Below, piece after piece: positions 19,632-29,169 of a stretch of 64,000 bases of DNA (its first letter is position 1; each line of letters starts with the position of its first letter). Position numbers and translations under genes: made by a program. Under the pieces are notes generated by a model, which worked only from the letters and a program-made list of their open reading frames with translations, did no database searches and was not told where the DNA came from. The DNA comes from Chlorobiaceae bacterium (GTDB lineage: Bacteria; Bacteroidota; Chlorobiia; Chlorobiales; Chlorobiaceae). The DNA is taken from contig JBAXLG010000005.1 in the NCBI GenBank assembly GCA_037134935.1, positions 1 through 64,000 of the forward strand. The letters are read 5' to 3'.

Positions 19632-20519
19632 TTACTCTTTGATTTTTTTCAGAAATTGCTTTATAGCATCAACGAAGGCTTCAGGTTGTTCCTCCTGGGG
19701 CAGATGCCCGCAATCGGGAATAATGGTTAGTTCTGCTCCACGAAGATTATTGGCCAGTCGGATACTTTCTTCTGTCTTGACGGTATGATCCTGATCACCC
19801 GTAATGACGAGGGAAGGGCAAGAGATGGTGTTCAGTCGTTCATGTAGTTTGAGGTGATGTGTTTCGATAAAAAGCTCCCAGAATGCTCTTGACCAGTCAC
19901 CATTCATTAGATCACTGCGAAATGCGGTCAGCACATCATAGCCAAGTCGTTCTTTTTTGTACCAGAAACCACGCAAAGTGCGGTCGAAAAGTTTGGTAAT
20001 AAGGAGCTTCATAAAGCGAGCAAAAATGGGGCTCATGCCTTTCATAAGAGGTTTCATAAAGGCAGGTACCTCGCTAGTGGCATAGCCGCTGTAAACCATA
20101 GCATCGGCAAGAACTACACCGTCGATATTTTGTTGATAGCGCATGGCGGTTAAAAGTGCCAGTGTTCCTCCTGTTGAATTGCCTACCAGTACTGCTTTGT
20201 TGAAGCCAAGTTTTTTTATCAGTGCGATAATCAGGTCACTCTGCGCTTCAGGAGTATAACTGACCTTTGTTATTGTTGAGGGCTGAGGACGGGAAGTTAG
20301 GCCGAAGGCCGGTCGATCGAATGCAAGGACTGTTGTCGTTTCTGCAAGGTCATCAAAAACCAGCCGCCATGACCTCAGGCTCAAAAAGCTACCGTGAAGT
20401 AGCACAACAAGTGGTTTTTTATTACCCGCCAACCGATAATGAACATTAAATCCATTTACTTCAATAAAGCTACTGTTGATATTTCTTAGTCTCTCCTGAT
20501 ATGTTGCAGGTTCCGTCAC
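19632..20519 (-). CDS. Alpha/beta-fold hydrolase
   Basis: It has HG (VVLLHGSF) and GxSxG (LVGNSTGG) motifs and a C-terminal His (DCGHLP). Confidence 0.7.
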   Translation of the reverse strand: MTEPATYQERLRNINSSFIEVNGFNVHYRLAGNKKPLVVLLHGSFLSLRSWRLVFDDLAETTTVLAFDRPAFGLTSRPQPSTITKVSYTPEAQSDLIIALIKKLGFNKAVLVGNSTGGTLALLTAMRYQQNIDGVVLADAMVYSGYATSEVPAFMKPLMKGMSPIFARFMKLLITKLFDRTLRGFWYKKERLGYDVLTAFRSDLMNGDWSRAFWELFIETHHLKLHERLNTISCPSLVITGDQDHTVKTEESIRLANNLRGAELTIIPDCGHLPQEEQPEAFVDAIKQFLKKIKE

Positions 20520-21116
20520 AGCGTTTTAATCCTCCGATCATAGTTTACTTGCTGTTGATGAATAAATATTCAAGATAATGGCATTATTTAGTGGTAAACA
20601 AAGTGTATGAGATTGTATGCATGAACTCCCTTAAGCCAGTTTGAATGGCAGGGGAGGGCTGTTATGATCGCAATTTATGTTTCATAACAAGGTGATCAGC
20701 TACTAAGAGCGAGTGAAATATTAGTGATTGCTTGAATACTCCTTTTCATGTTTCTCGAATTCGTATCTCATCAGAATTATTAGCGGCTTAAAAGGAATGA
20801 TTGTAATTTTGTTTATGGTCTGAAACTTTTTGTTTTATTGAGCCTATATCACTCGCTTTTTCACTTTTAGTCGCTATGGGGAAATTTCCCGATACTTTGC
20901 ATCATGAAAATAACGATCCAAAATGAATTAATACCTCTAAGCTCTGTTGCGAGGATTTTTTAATTAGGGCTTTTTTCCAAGAGTTTTCAGACCTTTTTTA
21001 CTGCTATTTACCGATCATATTATTCTGATGCTTGTTTTTCCAGAACGGTCACACCCATAGATGTTTCTTGGTTTGTAGTTGTTTTCTGCATTACTAAGAG
21101 TGTAATGATGTCGCAA

Positions 21117-21683
21117 TCAGTTTTTTGTTTTGATAACTGTTTCGGGAATTTTGACTGCCGGGGTAGCGTCTTTCTGGCCGAAAGGAATCTGTGTTACTGT
21201 TCTTTTTGGGCCATCATTACCAGTGATTTTTGGAGCTGAAGAAAAAACATTCGCTACAAGTTGCCCGAGTCCGGAGCTGACATTGTCAAACAGATTTTGT
21301 ACTTGGTTTGAACTGACGGTAGCGTTCAAATTGACAAGAATATTTTTCCATAGTTTACCGAGTTCATTAAAAGAACTCTGAACTTGTTCTGAATTAAGAG
21401 TTGAGGCTACACCTTCAATTAACTGGCCGGAAACAGTGTTAACATTATTGATAATTCCTTTGACTGGTTCGGAATTTATGGTAGATGTTACACCTTCGAT
21501 AAGTTGTCCTGTAGCTGAACTTACTGTGGTGATTATTCCTTGCACTGATTCAATGGTTGAATCAATCAGGATACCCATATTTCCGATCAGATTGGCCATA
21601 TCGCCATTACCGACATTGGTTTCGATTTTATTTTGGGTAGCTGGTTTTGATAACCCTGTAGGCTTGTTGAGTTCTTCTGCCAT
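21117..21683 (-). CDS. Hypothetical protein with internal ~26-aa repeats (N/S/T/V/Q-rich)
   Basis: The repeats are …ATGQLIEGVTSTINSEPV… and …VSGQLIEGVASTLNSEQV…. No catalytic motifs are present, and the protein is flanked by AT-rich noncoding DNA. Confidence 0.45.
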   Translation of the reverse strand: MAEELNKPTGLSKPATQNKIETNVGNGDMANLIGNMGILIDSTIESVQGIITTVSSATGQLIEGVTSTINSEPVKGIINNVNTVSGQLIEGVASTLNSEQVQSSFNELGKLWKNILVNLNATVSSNQVQNLFDNVSSGLGQLVANVFSSAPKITGNDGPKRTVTQIPFGQKDATPAVKIPETVIKTKN

Positions 21684-21795
21684 AGTTTTAGTGGATTAAG
21701 GGTATGTAATTAATTATAAATACTTCAATATAATAATCTATTTACTAAGTCATTCACTATTGGAAGTATTTTCACTGAGTCCGATTATGCTTCTT

Positions 21796-22488
21796 TCAGG
21801 TTATACTTTCTCTGTAATACTTGACGAGGCTTTCCTGATCAAACCCAAGCGCATACATAAGGTGAATGGAAGCGAAAATCGTCTGTAGCTGGATGATGCC
21901 GTTTTTGTGATATTTTCTGGCTGACGTGGTAACCTCTGTTTCGAGGATATGGAATAATTCTCGTTGTTCAATGCGTTTGATTATATCAAAGTCTTCCATG
22001 ATAAGCATGGTGTCATTATATCCTCCGATTTCCCAAAAAAGTGTTCTGTCGATAAAGAGCGATTGATCTCCGCCCCGGCAAAATATTAAAGGAAATTGGG
22101 TGAACCATCCAAACAGCTTCATTATCGGGTTGTTGTCGTCAAAACCCATCCTGAAACATCCTGCTTTTTTGCCAGTTTCAACAGCTGAGTGGATATCCTC
22201 AAGAAAAGTTGGAGGGGGAATGCTGTCTGCATGTAAAAAGTAGAGTATTTCTCCTTTTGCCTGGTGTGCACCTGTGTTCATTTGTATTGCGCGGCCTTTA
22301 GTACTTTTGCATACTTTTACAGGAAACGTTGAAAGAATATCGGGTGTTCGGTCGGAGCTTGCATCACTGACAATAATTTCTATTTCTTCAGCGTGTTCAG
22401 TAAAAGTGAGTATAGTCTGAAGTGTCTGCCCAATGATGTTTTCTTCGTTATAAGTTGGAATTATTATGCTTATGGTTCTGGGTTCCAT
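21796..22488 (-). CDS. Family-2 glycosyltransferase-like transferase (MftF-like; 'transferase 2, rSAM/selenodomain-associated' type)
   Basis: A GT-A fold N-terminus (IIIPTYNEE…DASSD) is present. It overlaps the upstream DUF2064 gene and sits in an operon with an ArsS-like rSAM. Confidence 0.6.
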   Translation of the reverse strand: MEPRTISIIIPTYNEENIIGQTLQTILTFTEHAEEIEIIVSDASSDRTPDILSTFPVKVCKSTKGRAIQMNTGAHQAKGEILYFLHADSIPPPTFLEDIHSAVETGKKAGCFRMGFDDNNPIMKLFGWFTQFPLIFCRGGDQSLFIDRTLFWEIGGYNDTMLIMEDFDIIKRIEQRELFHILETEVTTSARKYHKNGIIQLQTIFASIHLMYALGFDQESLVKYYRESIT

Positions 22489-23078
22489 AGTCTGCTGTTT
22501 TTTAAATCCTCAAAAGTGTCAATATCCGAAAGTTCTGCCAACAGTTCGTGGCTTATGTCAAGACGTTTGAGTATTTCAATGGTTTCCCTAAATACCTGTG
22601 GTGTACTCCATTCTCGTCCGAGAAAAAGCTCAGGTATGACTTTGTTCATGCCGATCAGATAAAAGCCTCCATCTTTTGCTGGACCTATAACGGCGTCGGT
22701 ACGTTCAAGTTTGGTAAATGCCTCTTCAAGAATTGTTGAATTCAGTTCATAACAGTCAGTTCCTATGAGCACTATATGGCGTGCACCGATTGCAAATCCA
22801 ATGCTGATGGCGTGTTGCATGCGTTTTCCAAGATCCGTTCCTCGCTGCAGGTCAGCAGTAATTTCCCCTTTAAGGAAAATGTCAGAAGAGGGAATGAAGC
22901 TTGAGAAAAACACTTTTTTATTTACATCAACATGTGCTGCAATATTTGCAGTATGGCACCTGAGTGTTTCATAAACTTCAAGGGCTTTTTCGTTTCCTAT
23001 TGTAGCAGCAAGTCGAGTTTTGACTTTTCCCGCTTCAGGGTTTTTCGTGAAAATGATGAGAAGCTTTTCTTTGTTCAT
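22470..23078 (-). CDS. DUF2064/CofC-like nucleotidyltransferase-fold protein ('transferase 1, rSAM/selenodomain-associated' type)
   Basis: LLIIFTKNPEAGKVKTRLA…GTDCYEL…GPAKDGGFYLIG is a MobA/CofC-like NTP-transferase signature. The start is set at MNKEKLLIIF. Confidence 0.6.
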   Translation of the reverse strand: MNKEKLLIIFTKNPEAGKVKTRLAATIGNEKALEVYETLRCHTANIAAHVDVNKKVFFSSFIPSSDIFLKGEITADLQRGTDLGKRMQHAISIGFAIGARHIVLIGTDCYELNSTILEEAFTKLERTDAVIGPAKDGGFYLIGMNKVIPELFLGREWSTPQVFRETIEILKRLDISHELLAELSDIDTFEDLKNSRLWNPEP

Positions 23079-24130
23079 AGCAGGGCGCCCTGACAGCTTG
23101 AACCAGCTCCTGCCGTACATCCGTAACAATGCTGCCCGACAGTTATTGTCCGATTTTGGAGTTTCTGCTCACTGAACTCACTGATGTGAAGAGGTGCGGG
23201 TTTTCTTAATGGCAAATGGAGCATCTGATTGAAATCGCAGTCGTAAAGCGTGCCGTCCCATCCTACAGAGATTGTTGTTCTGCACATCAGGTTGTTTACT
23301 GCAAGTGGATTATAATTTTTTGCAAGAAGACTCATGTAGTGGCAGTATTGCCCACTTTCCAACAGGTTGTTGAGGAAGCGACTTAGTGGCATATTGGTGA
23401 TGGTATAGAGATTGTTAAAAAAAATATCATACTCATCGGCAAGATGCTTCCGATACTTGTTTTCAAGTAGAAGTTGTTCTTCCGGCAATGCCAGACCGGA
23501 AGGGTTGTACACAAGATTGAGTTCGATATCACTGTTCTCTATGCCGTAGCCGATTTTATTGAGATGTTTCAGCGCTTTGATGGAGTGATCAAAAACACCT
23601 TTTCCTCGCATTTGGTCAACTGTTTCTCGCGTATAGCAAGGAAGCGAAGCAATTATATTTATTCTGTTCTTTTTGAGAAATTTCGGCAAATCACGGTATT
23701 TTTCGCTTGTTTCAAAAAGAGTAAGGTTTGAACGTACCATAATATTTCCATCAGGTATGCTGGTTCTGATGTTTTCTATAAACCATCGGAATTCCGGATT
23801 CATTTCTGGTGCTCCACCAGTAATATCAACGGTTTTTATGTTGCTATTTGCGATAGCATTGAGGCAGTGCTGCATGGTAGGACGTGTCATCATTTCCCTG
23901 CGGTCCGGGCCAGCATCGACATGGCAGTGGCTGCAAAAAAGGTTACAAATGTAGCCGGTATTTATTTGGAGGATATCAATTCTTGTAGGGTTGAGCGGAG
24001 CGTTTCCAGATTCGGAAATTTTGCTTCTGAACGGAGGAATGCCACAGTCTGTTTCTTCAAGCAGTTTTACTTGGGAGCCAACCGGAATAGGTGTGTCTCG
24101 ACGATAATGGAGTGATGGCTGTTCATGCAT
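23075..24130 (-). CDS. Radical SAM/Cys-rich-domain protein (ArsS-like, TIGR04167-type)
   Basis: It has a CxxxCxxC-like rSAM cluster site (CNLFCSHCHVDAGP) and a Cys-rich C-terminal tail (CYGCTAGAGSSCQGALL). Confidence 0.65.
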   Translation of the reverse strand: MHEQPSLHYRRDTPIPVGSQVKLLEETDCGIPPFRSKISESGNAPLNPTRIDILQINTGYICNLFCSHCHVDAGPDRREMMTRPTMQHCLNAIANSNIKTVDITGGAPEMNPEFRWFIENIRTSIPDGNIMVRSNLTLFETSEKYRDLPKFLKKNRINIIASLPCYTRETVDQMRGKGVFDHSIKALKHLNKIGYGIENSDIELNLVYNPSGLALPEEQLLLENKYRKHLADEYDIFFNNLYTITNMPLSRFLNNLLESGQYCHYMSLLAKNYNPLAVNNLMCRTTISVGWDGTLYDCDFNQMLHLPLRKPAPLHISEFSEQKLQNRTITVGQHCYGCTAGAGSSCQGALL

Positions 24131-24280
24131 ATGGAAATAGGAACAAATGTGGCGTTTATGTCAGTGAAAAATGTTGTTATGGTTAATGTGTTTGTTTTTT
24201 ATAGTCAGAAAGACTTGATGTGATTCTGTGCGGGAAAGAGTATTCCTGCGGAAAAGAAGTGCTGTTTAAGTCATAGTTTT

Positions 24281-25645
24281 TTAGCTGCCAAGCTTGCTGA
24301 GAAGCTTTTCCACAACTTGCTTTCCGCTTAGCGCAGCTCCTTCCATAGAGGCTAGGTATTTTTGATAGGTGTAATCGCCGGCAAGAAAGAAGTTTCTAAC
24401 GGGGCTGATCTGATCCGGACGGAATTTATCTACGTCAGGTACCGCTTTGTAAACCGAACGAGGAATTTTGACAATGGTTGATTTAAGCAGTTTTGCGCCT
24501 CGAGATTTCGGGAAGCGGTTTTGAATATCTTTCATGACCATCATGATTATGATCTCGTTGGGCATATCGATTAGGTTATGTGCCGGAGCAAGTACAAGGC
24601 TCATTACGCTGCCGCCGTTTGCAGTTCCCATGCCGTTCTGGAAGTCTTCAGGACAGGTGATTGAGACATCTGCAAAGGTTGCAAATATAGTGCCCTCTGA
24701 AAACATGAGGTTATCAGTATCAGTTATTTTACGGTCAAACCAGAGTTGGCAGTTTATTACCGGACTACCCTCAAATTCGTGAAGGTTTCGAAAATATTTT
24801 TGGGTAAGCCACTCAACGGGCAGAATTTTTCTGATGTTATGAACGGGCAAAGCTGAGATATAGGCGTCAGCTGTAATAGTATGGCCATCTTTAAGCACAA
24901 CATGCTTAATTGTTGTTTTATCACCGTTCAGTTCGAATTTGTTCAGTTTTGCATCTACAAAAATGCGCCCACCTTTGCTCTGGATATACTGACGCATTGG
25001 TTCAATCATCGAATCGCCGGGATTTTTTTGGAAAAAACCGAACTTTGTTGATGCATAATCAGTTCCAAAATAATTGAAAATAGTAATCATAGGTCGGGCA
25101 CTGATGACATTCGGTTCAATAAAATTCATTGCAAGAGCAATAGCGCGCCAAAGTTTTTGCAGTGAATGTTCTGAAGCTCCTCTCAATCGGTGCCATTCAG
25201 AATAAGTCATATGGTCTTGGCTTCTGAAATATTCCTCATTACCGGCCAAAGCTGGGAAAAGCCCCTTTATAAGAGAGATTTTATCCCACATGGTAAGAAA
25301 ATCCGTTTGCAATCCTCCTACAACTTCAGCCCATGGACTTGGAAGGTTTGCTTTTTTGTAAAAAGATTGTTTTCCTTCAGGTTCGGCATAGATAAGCGCA
25401 TGATTTTTCCAGAGATAATTATTCTCCGCACCGACTTTTTTGAGATATTGCTGAAGTTGCGTGTACCCCCCGAAAACAATATGAAGTCCCGATTCAATGG
25501 AATCCCCATCACTATCTTTCCATACGGAAACTTTACCTCCAAGTACTTTGCGTTTCTCGTAAATTTCTACAGAGTGGCCTCGATCCACAAGTTCTATTGC
25601 CGCGCTGAGTCCTGCAACTCCGGCCCCAAAAATTGCTATTTTCAC
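24281..25645 (-). CDS. Plant-type carotene desaturase (phytoene/zeta-carotene desaturase family, CrtP/CrtQ-like)
   Basis: An FAD Rossmann motif (IAIFGAGVAGLSAAIEL) is followed by GGKVSVWKDSDGDSIESGLHIVFGGY, which matches the Pds/Zds signature. The length is 454 aa. Confidence 0.75.
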   Translation of the reverse strand: MKIAIFGAGVAGLSAAIELVDRGHSVEIYEKRKVLGGKVSVWKDSDGDSIESGLHIVFGGYTQLQQYLKKVGAENNYLWKNHALIYAEPEGKQSFYKKANLPSPWAEVVGGLQTDFLTMWDKISLIKGLFPALAGNEEYFRSQDHMTYSEWHRLRGASEHSLQKLWRAIALAMNFIEPNVISARPMITIFNYFGTDYASTKFGFFQKNPGDSMIEPMRQYIQSKGGRIFVDAKLNKFELNGDKTTIKHVVLKDGHTITADAYISALPVHNIRKILPVEWLTQKYFRNLHEFEGSPVINCQLWFDRKITDTDNLMFSEGTIFATFADVSITCPEDFQNGMGTANGGSVMSLVLAPAHNLIDMPNEIIIMMVMKDIQNRFPKSRGAKLLKSTIVKIPRSVYKAVPDVDKFRPDQISPVRNFFLAGDYTYQKYLASMEGAALSGKQVVEKLLSKLGS

Positions 25646-26250
25646 CGATTACTTATGATTTGTGATTACAAATATATGTGAATTACATCGAATCAAGTTG
25701 CAAATATAAGTAATGATTGCCCTATAATGAAAATGGTATGCCAGTTACCAATATCCGCTTTAAAAAAATACGAAATTTATTGTTTCAGTATTTTGAGCGC
25801 TCTTTCAATTTCCGATATGATTTTCATACCCAAGCGAATGGATTGATTGATAACAAAGCGGAGATCTTGATTTGCCGGAGGTCGGGGGGGGATAGGTGGA
25901 AATCCTCTTTTTTCTACAGGTTTACCAGATATTATATTCTTTCCGGTTGTGTTTCGTTCTGTTTCACGCATAGAAAACCGAATTCCTAATGTTTCTGAAA
26001 AAAACAACTGAGTTTCTGACGTCTTTACATCTATTGGGCTAAATTGCAAAAACAACGAAAGGAAAACAATACTCCAGTAATTGTATTTTCTAAAAATCCA
26101 TCAGCGCCATGATTAATAATCACCTAAATTATTTAAGGAAATTGCTGAATAAAAGCTATAAATTTTAAATTTTTTTTTATTATTTCTTATTATTACGTAT
26201 TTTTTGATGGAAATTCTATATAAAAGTTATAAAGCCTAAAGTACCTTTTA

Positions 26251-26775
26251 ATGTCCGGACATCTTGATCTGATTGATCTTAAAATTATTGAGTCACTGGG
26301 AGAAAACGGCAGGGTTCGCTTGAGTGAACTTGCTGAAGTAGTTGGTCTTTCAATACCTTCGGTCAGTGAAAGGCTTGACAAGCTGCAGAAGAACGGTATT
26401 GTCAAAGGATTTACCATGGATGTTGATGAACGGCAGCTTGGTTTTGATATTCACGCTTTTGTAAGGGTTAGGATTGATTCTTCAAAGCACTATGAGTCAT
26501 TTATGGACCATGTGATGAAAGAGGATGAGATTATGGAGTGTTTTTCCGTTACCGGTGAAGGGTCACATATTCTAAAGGTCATGACTCACAACACTGCTTC
26601 TCTCGAACAGCTTCTTTCAAGAATACAGAGTTGGACGGGAGTTCTTGGTACCAATACGAGCTTTGTCCTTTCTCAACTGAAAAAAAATAAAAAGATCAAT
26701 GCGGAAATTGTTCGCCACAATCTTCAGGATCGTCAGGTTTTGATAACATTTGATGAAAAGAAATCAAAAAAATAG
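26251..26775 (+). CDS. Lrp/AsnC-family transcriptional regulator
   Basis: An N-terminal HTH (DLKIIESLGENGRVRLSELAEVVGLSIPSVSERL) is followed by a RAM domain. Confidence 0.8.
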   Translation: MSGHLDLIDLKIIESLGENGRVRLSELAEVVGLSIPSVSERLDKLQKNGIVKGFTMDVDERQLGFDIHAFVRVRIDSSKHYESFMDHVMKEDEIMECFSVTGEGSHILKVMTHNTASLEQLLSRIQSWTGVLGTNTSFVLSQLKKNKKINAEIVRHNLQDRQVLITFDEKKSKK

Positions 26776-26820
26776 ATCGCATAAGCGTTTTTTCACGTTT
26801 TATAGGTAACAAATAGCATC

Positions 26821-28989
26821 ATGCAAATCAACAAGGAGGCTCTTTTGAATAGCAATAGTAAAATCCCGGTTTCAACTTATTTTGGTTCGCTGACTTTTGA
26901 CCAGAAGGCAATGCGTGTAAAATTGCCAAAAGAGGAGTTTGCTGCATTGCAAGGTACCATCAAAGCTGGTAAAAAAATAACTCCGGAAATTGCCGGTGTT
27001 GTGGCACACGGTATGAAAGAGTGGGCTATTGAAAATGGTGCTACTCATTATACGCATTGGTTCCAACCTATGACGGGTTCAACAGCAGAAAAACACGATG
27101 CGTTTTTATCGATTGATCGGGATGGTACTCCTATTGAACGATTTTCCGGCGAACAGTTAATTCAAGGTGAGCCTGATGCATCCAGCTTTCCTTCCGGTGG
27201 CATGCGCACTACCTTTGAAGCTCGCGGTTATACCGCATGGGATCCATCCAGTCCAGCATTTCTTATGAAGGGCGGAAAAGATCTGACTCTTTGTATTCCA
27301 ACCGTTTTTATTTCCTATCATGGCGAAGCCTTAGATTCCAAAACACCTTTGTTGCGTTCTATGGAAGCTGTCAGTAAGTCGGCTATCAGGCTGCTTGAGT
27401 TGCTTGGCGTTACCGGTGTCTCACGTGTAAAAACCTTTGCCGGTTGTGAGCAGGAATATTTCCTGATCGATAAAAAGTTCTATTCCGAGCGTCCTGATCT
27501 TGTCATGTGTGGCCGTACTCTTCTTGGTGCTCTTCCGCCAAAAGGTCAGCAGCTTGAGGATCACTATTTTGGCTCTATTCCTGATCGTGTACTGGAGTTT
27601 ATGCAGGAGGTTGAACATGAGCTTTACCTGCTCGGTATTCCAGCAAAGACCCGTCATAATGAGGTCGCTCCTCACCAATTTGAAATTGCTCCAATTTTTG
27701 AAGAAGCAAATATAGCTGTCGATCATAATTTGCTGACTATGGAAGTAATGAGAAAGATCGCAGACAAGAGAGGTTTTGCTTTACTTCTTGCTGAGAAACC
27801 TTTTGCTGGTATTAACGGTTCAGGAAAACACAATAACTGGTCGATTGGCACCGATACCGGTATCAATCTCCTTGATCCGGGTGATACTCCGGAGAAGAAC
27901 ATTCATTTTCTTATTTTTCTTGTTGCTGTACTTAAGGGTATATATAAGAGAGGCGACGTTCTCAGATTATCGGTAGCAAGTATGGGTAATGATCACCGTC
28001 TTGGCGCAAATGAGGCGCCTCCGGCGGTGGTAACTGTTTTTCTTGGTGAATTGCTTGAAAGGGTACTTGATGCTATTGAAAGTGGAAAGGTTGACCTTAA
28101 AACTGAAAAACAGGTACTTAATCTCGGTCTTTCACAGGTACCTGTTGTTAATAAGGATTATACAGACCGTAATCGGACCTCACCATTTGCCTTTACTGGC
28201 AACAAATTCGAATTCAGAGCTGTTGGCTCATCTCAGGCCCCTTCTGTTCCGAACATGGTACTTAACACCCTTATGGCTGAAGCTCTTGATGAAATATCCG
28301 ATGCGATTCTCGTAAAAATCAAATCTGGAAAAGAGAGGGATATAGCTATTTTTGAGACTCTTCGTGAGCAGATTACCGCTACCAAGCCAATCCGCTACCA
28401 AGGAGATAATTATTCTGAGGCTCTTCAACAGGCAGCAAAGGAAAGAGGACTGCCAAATCTGAAGAACACTCCGCAGTCGCTCAGAACATTTCTTAAGAAG
28501 GATGTACAGGATATGTTCACCAAGTATGGCGTGTTGAGTACACAGGAGATTGATTCCCGCTTGAATATTCGTCTTGAGCGTTATGTTAAGGGTATTGACA
28601 TCGAGGCTCGTACATTACAACTTATGGTGAAGACATTTGTAATTCCTGATGTTTCCGAATTTCAAGGTAATTTTGGTAACTCTTTCCATAGTCTTCTTTC
28701 AGTATCAGAGTCTATTGGTCTTTCCGAAGCAGCCCTTAAGAGTCAGGCGGATTATCTTAAATTGTTGGCTGAAAATTTTTCAACACTTATAGATATTACT
28801 GCGGAGCTTGATGAGGCTGTTGAAAAAATTGAAACGTTGGGAACCGAGCTTGAGAAGGCCGATTACTGTGCTGATGAACTACTTCCATTAATGACTAAAG
28901 TGCGTAACGTTGTCGACCGCCTTGAACAGATGGTTGATCGAAGCCGTTGGCAGTTACCAACCTACTCGGAAATGTTGTTTGAACATTGA
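26821..28989 (+). CDS. glnN: Glutamine synthetase type III
   Basis: It is 722 aa, with GSIII N-domain motifs and a catalytic region (…GINGSGKHNNWS…). Confidence 0.85.
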   Translation: MQINKEALLNSNSKIPVSTYFGSLTFDQKAMRVKLPKEEFAALQGTIKAGKKITPEIAGVVAHGMKEWAIENGATHYTHWFQPMTGSTAEKHDAFLSIDRDGTPIERFSGEQLIQGEPDASSFPSGGMRTTFEARGYTAWDPSSPAFLMKGGKDLTLCIPTVFISYHGEALDSKTPLLRSMEAVSKSAIRLLELLGVTGVSRVKTFAGCEQEYFLIDKKFYSERPDLVMCGRTLLGALPPKGQQLEDHYFGSIPDRVLEFMQEVEHELYLLGIPAKTRHNEVAPHQFEIAPIFEEANIAVDHNLLTMEVMRKIADKRGFALLLAEKPFAGINGSGKHNNWSIGTDTGINLLDPGDTPEKNIHFLIFLVAVLKGIYKRGDVLRLSVASMGNDHRLGANEAPPAVVTVFLGELLERVLDAIESGKVDLKTEKQVLNLGLSQVPVVNKDYTDRNRTSPFAFTGNKFEFRAVGSSQAPSVPNMVLNTLMAEALDEISDAILVKIKSGKERDIAIFETLREQITATKPIRYQGDNYSEALQQAAKERGLPNLKNTPQSLRTFLKKDVQDMFTKYGVLSTQEIDSRLNIRLERYVKGIDIEARTLQLMVKTFVIPDVSEFQGNFGNSFHSLLSVSESIGLSEAALKSQADYLKLLAENFSTLIDITAELDEAVEKIETLGTELEKADYCADELLPLMTKVRNVVDRLEQMVDRSRWQLPTYSEMLFEH

Positions 28990-29091
28990 TTGATAATTAG
29001 TTGAATACTTCAACAAAGCTGTCTTAAAAAGGTCACTTCTCAGATTGTCCTTTTGGGACAGCTTTGTTATTAAATCCCTTTGGGTTTTATT

Positions 29092-29125
29092 CCCCGCCGC
29101 TTGCGGCGGGGTTTCTTTATTTTAT
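29092..29125 (+). terminator. Intrinsic terminator downstream of glnN
   Basis: The stem ccccgccg…cggcgggg is followed by TTTCTTTATTTTA. A second, longer inverted repeat (caaagctgtc…gacagctttg) lies just upstream. Confidence 0.7.
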
Positions 29126-29169
29126 CGAGATTTAGCAAATGCGTGGAAGCAGTAACCTTTTATCAAGGT

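Noticed and set aside
25717-25989. 90-aa plus-strand ORF in the desaturase-lrp spacer
   Set aside because: It overlaps the equally unsupported minus-strand 92-aa ORF. Neither has an RBS or motif. Only the Pro-rich minus-strand ORF is mentioned, as a low-interest observation.
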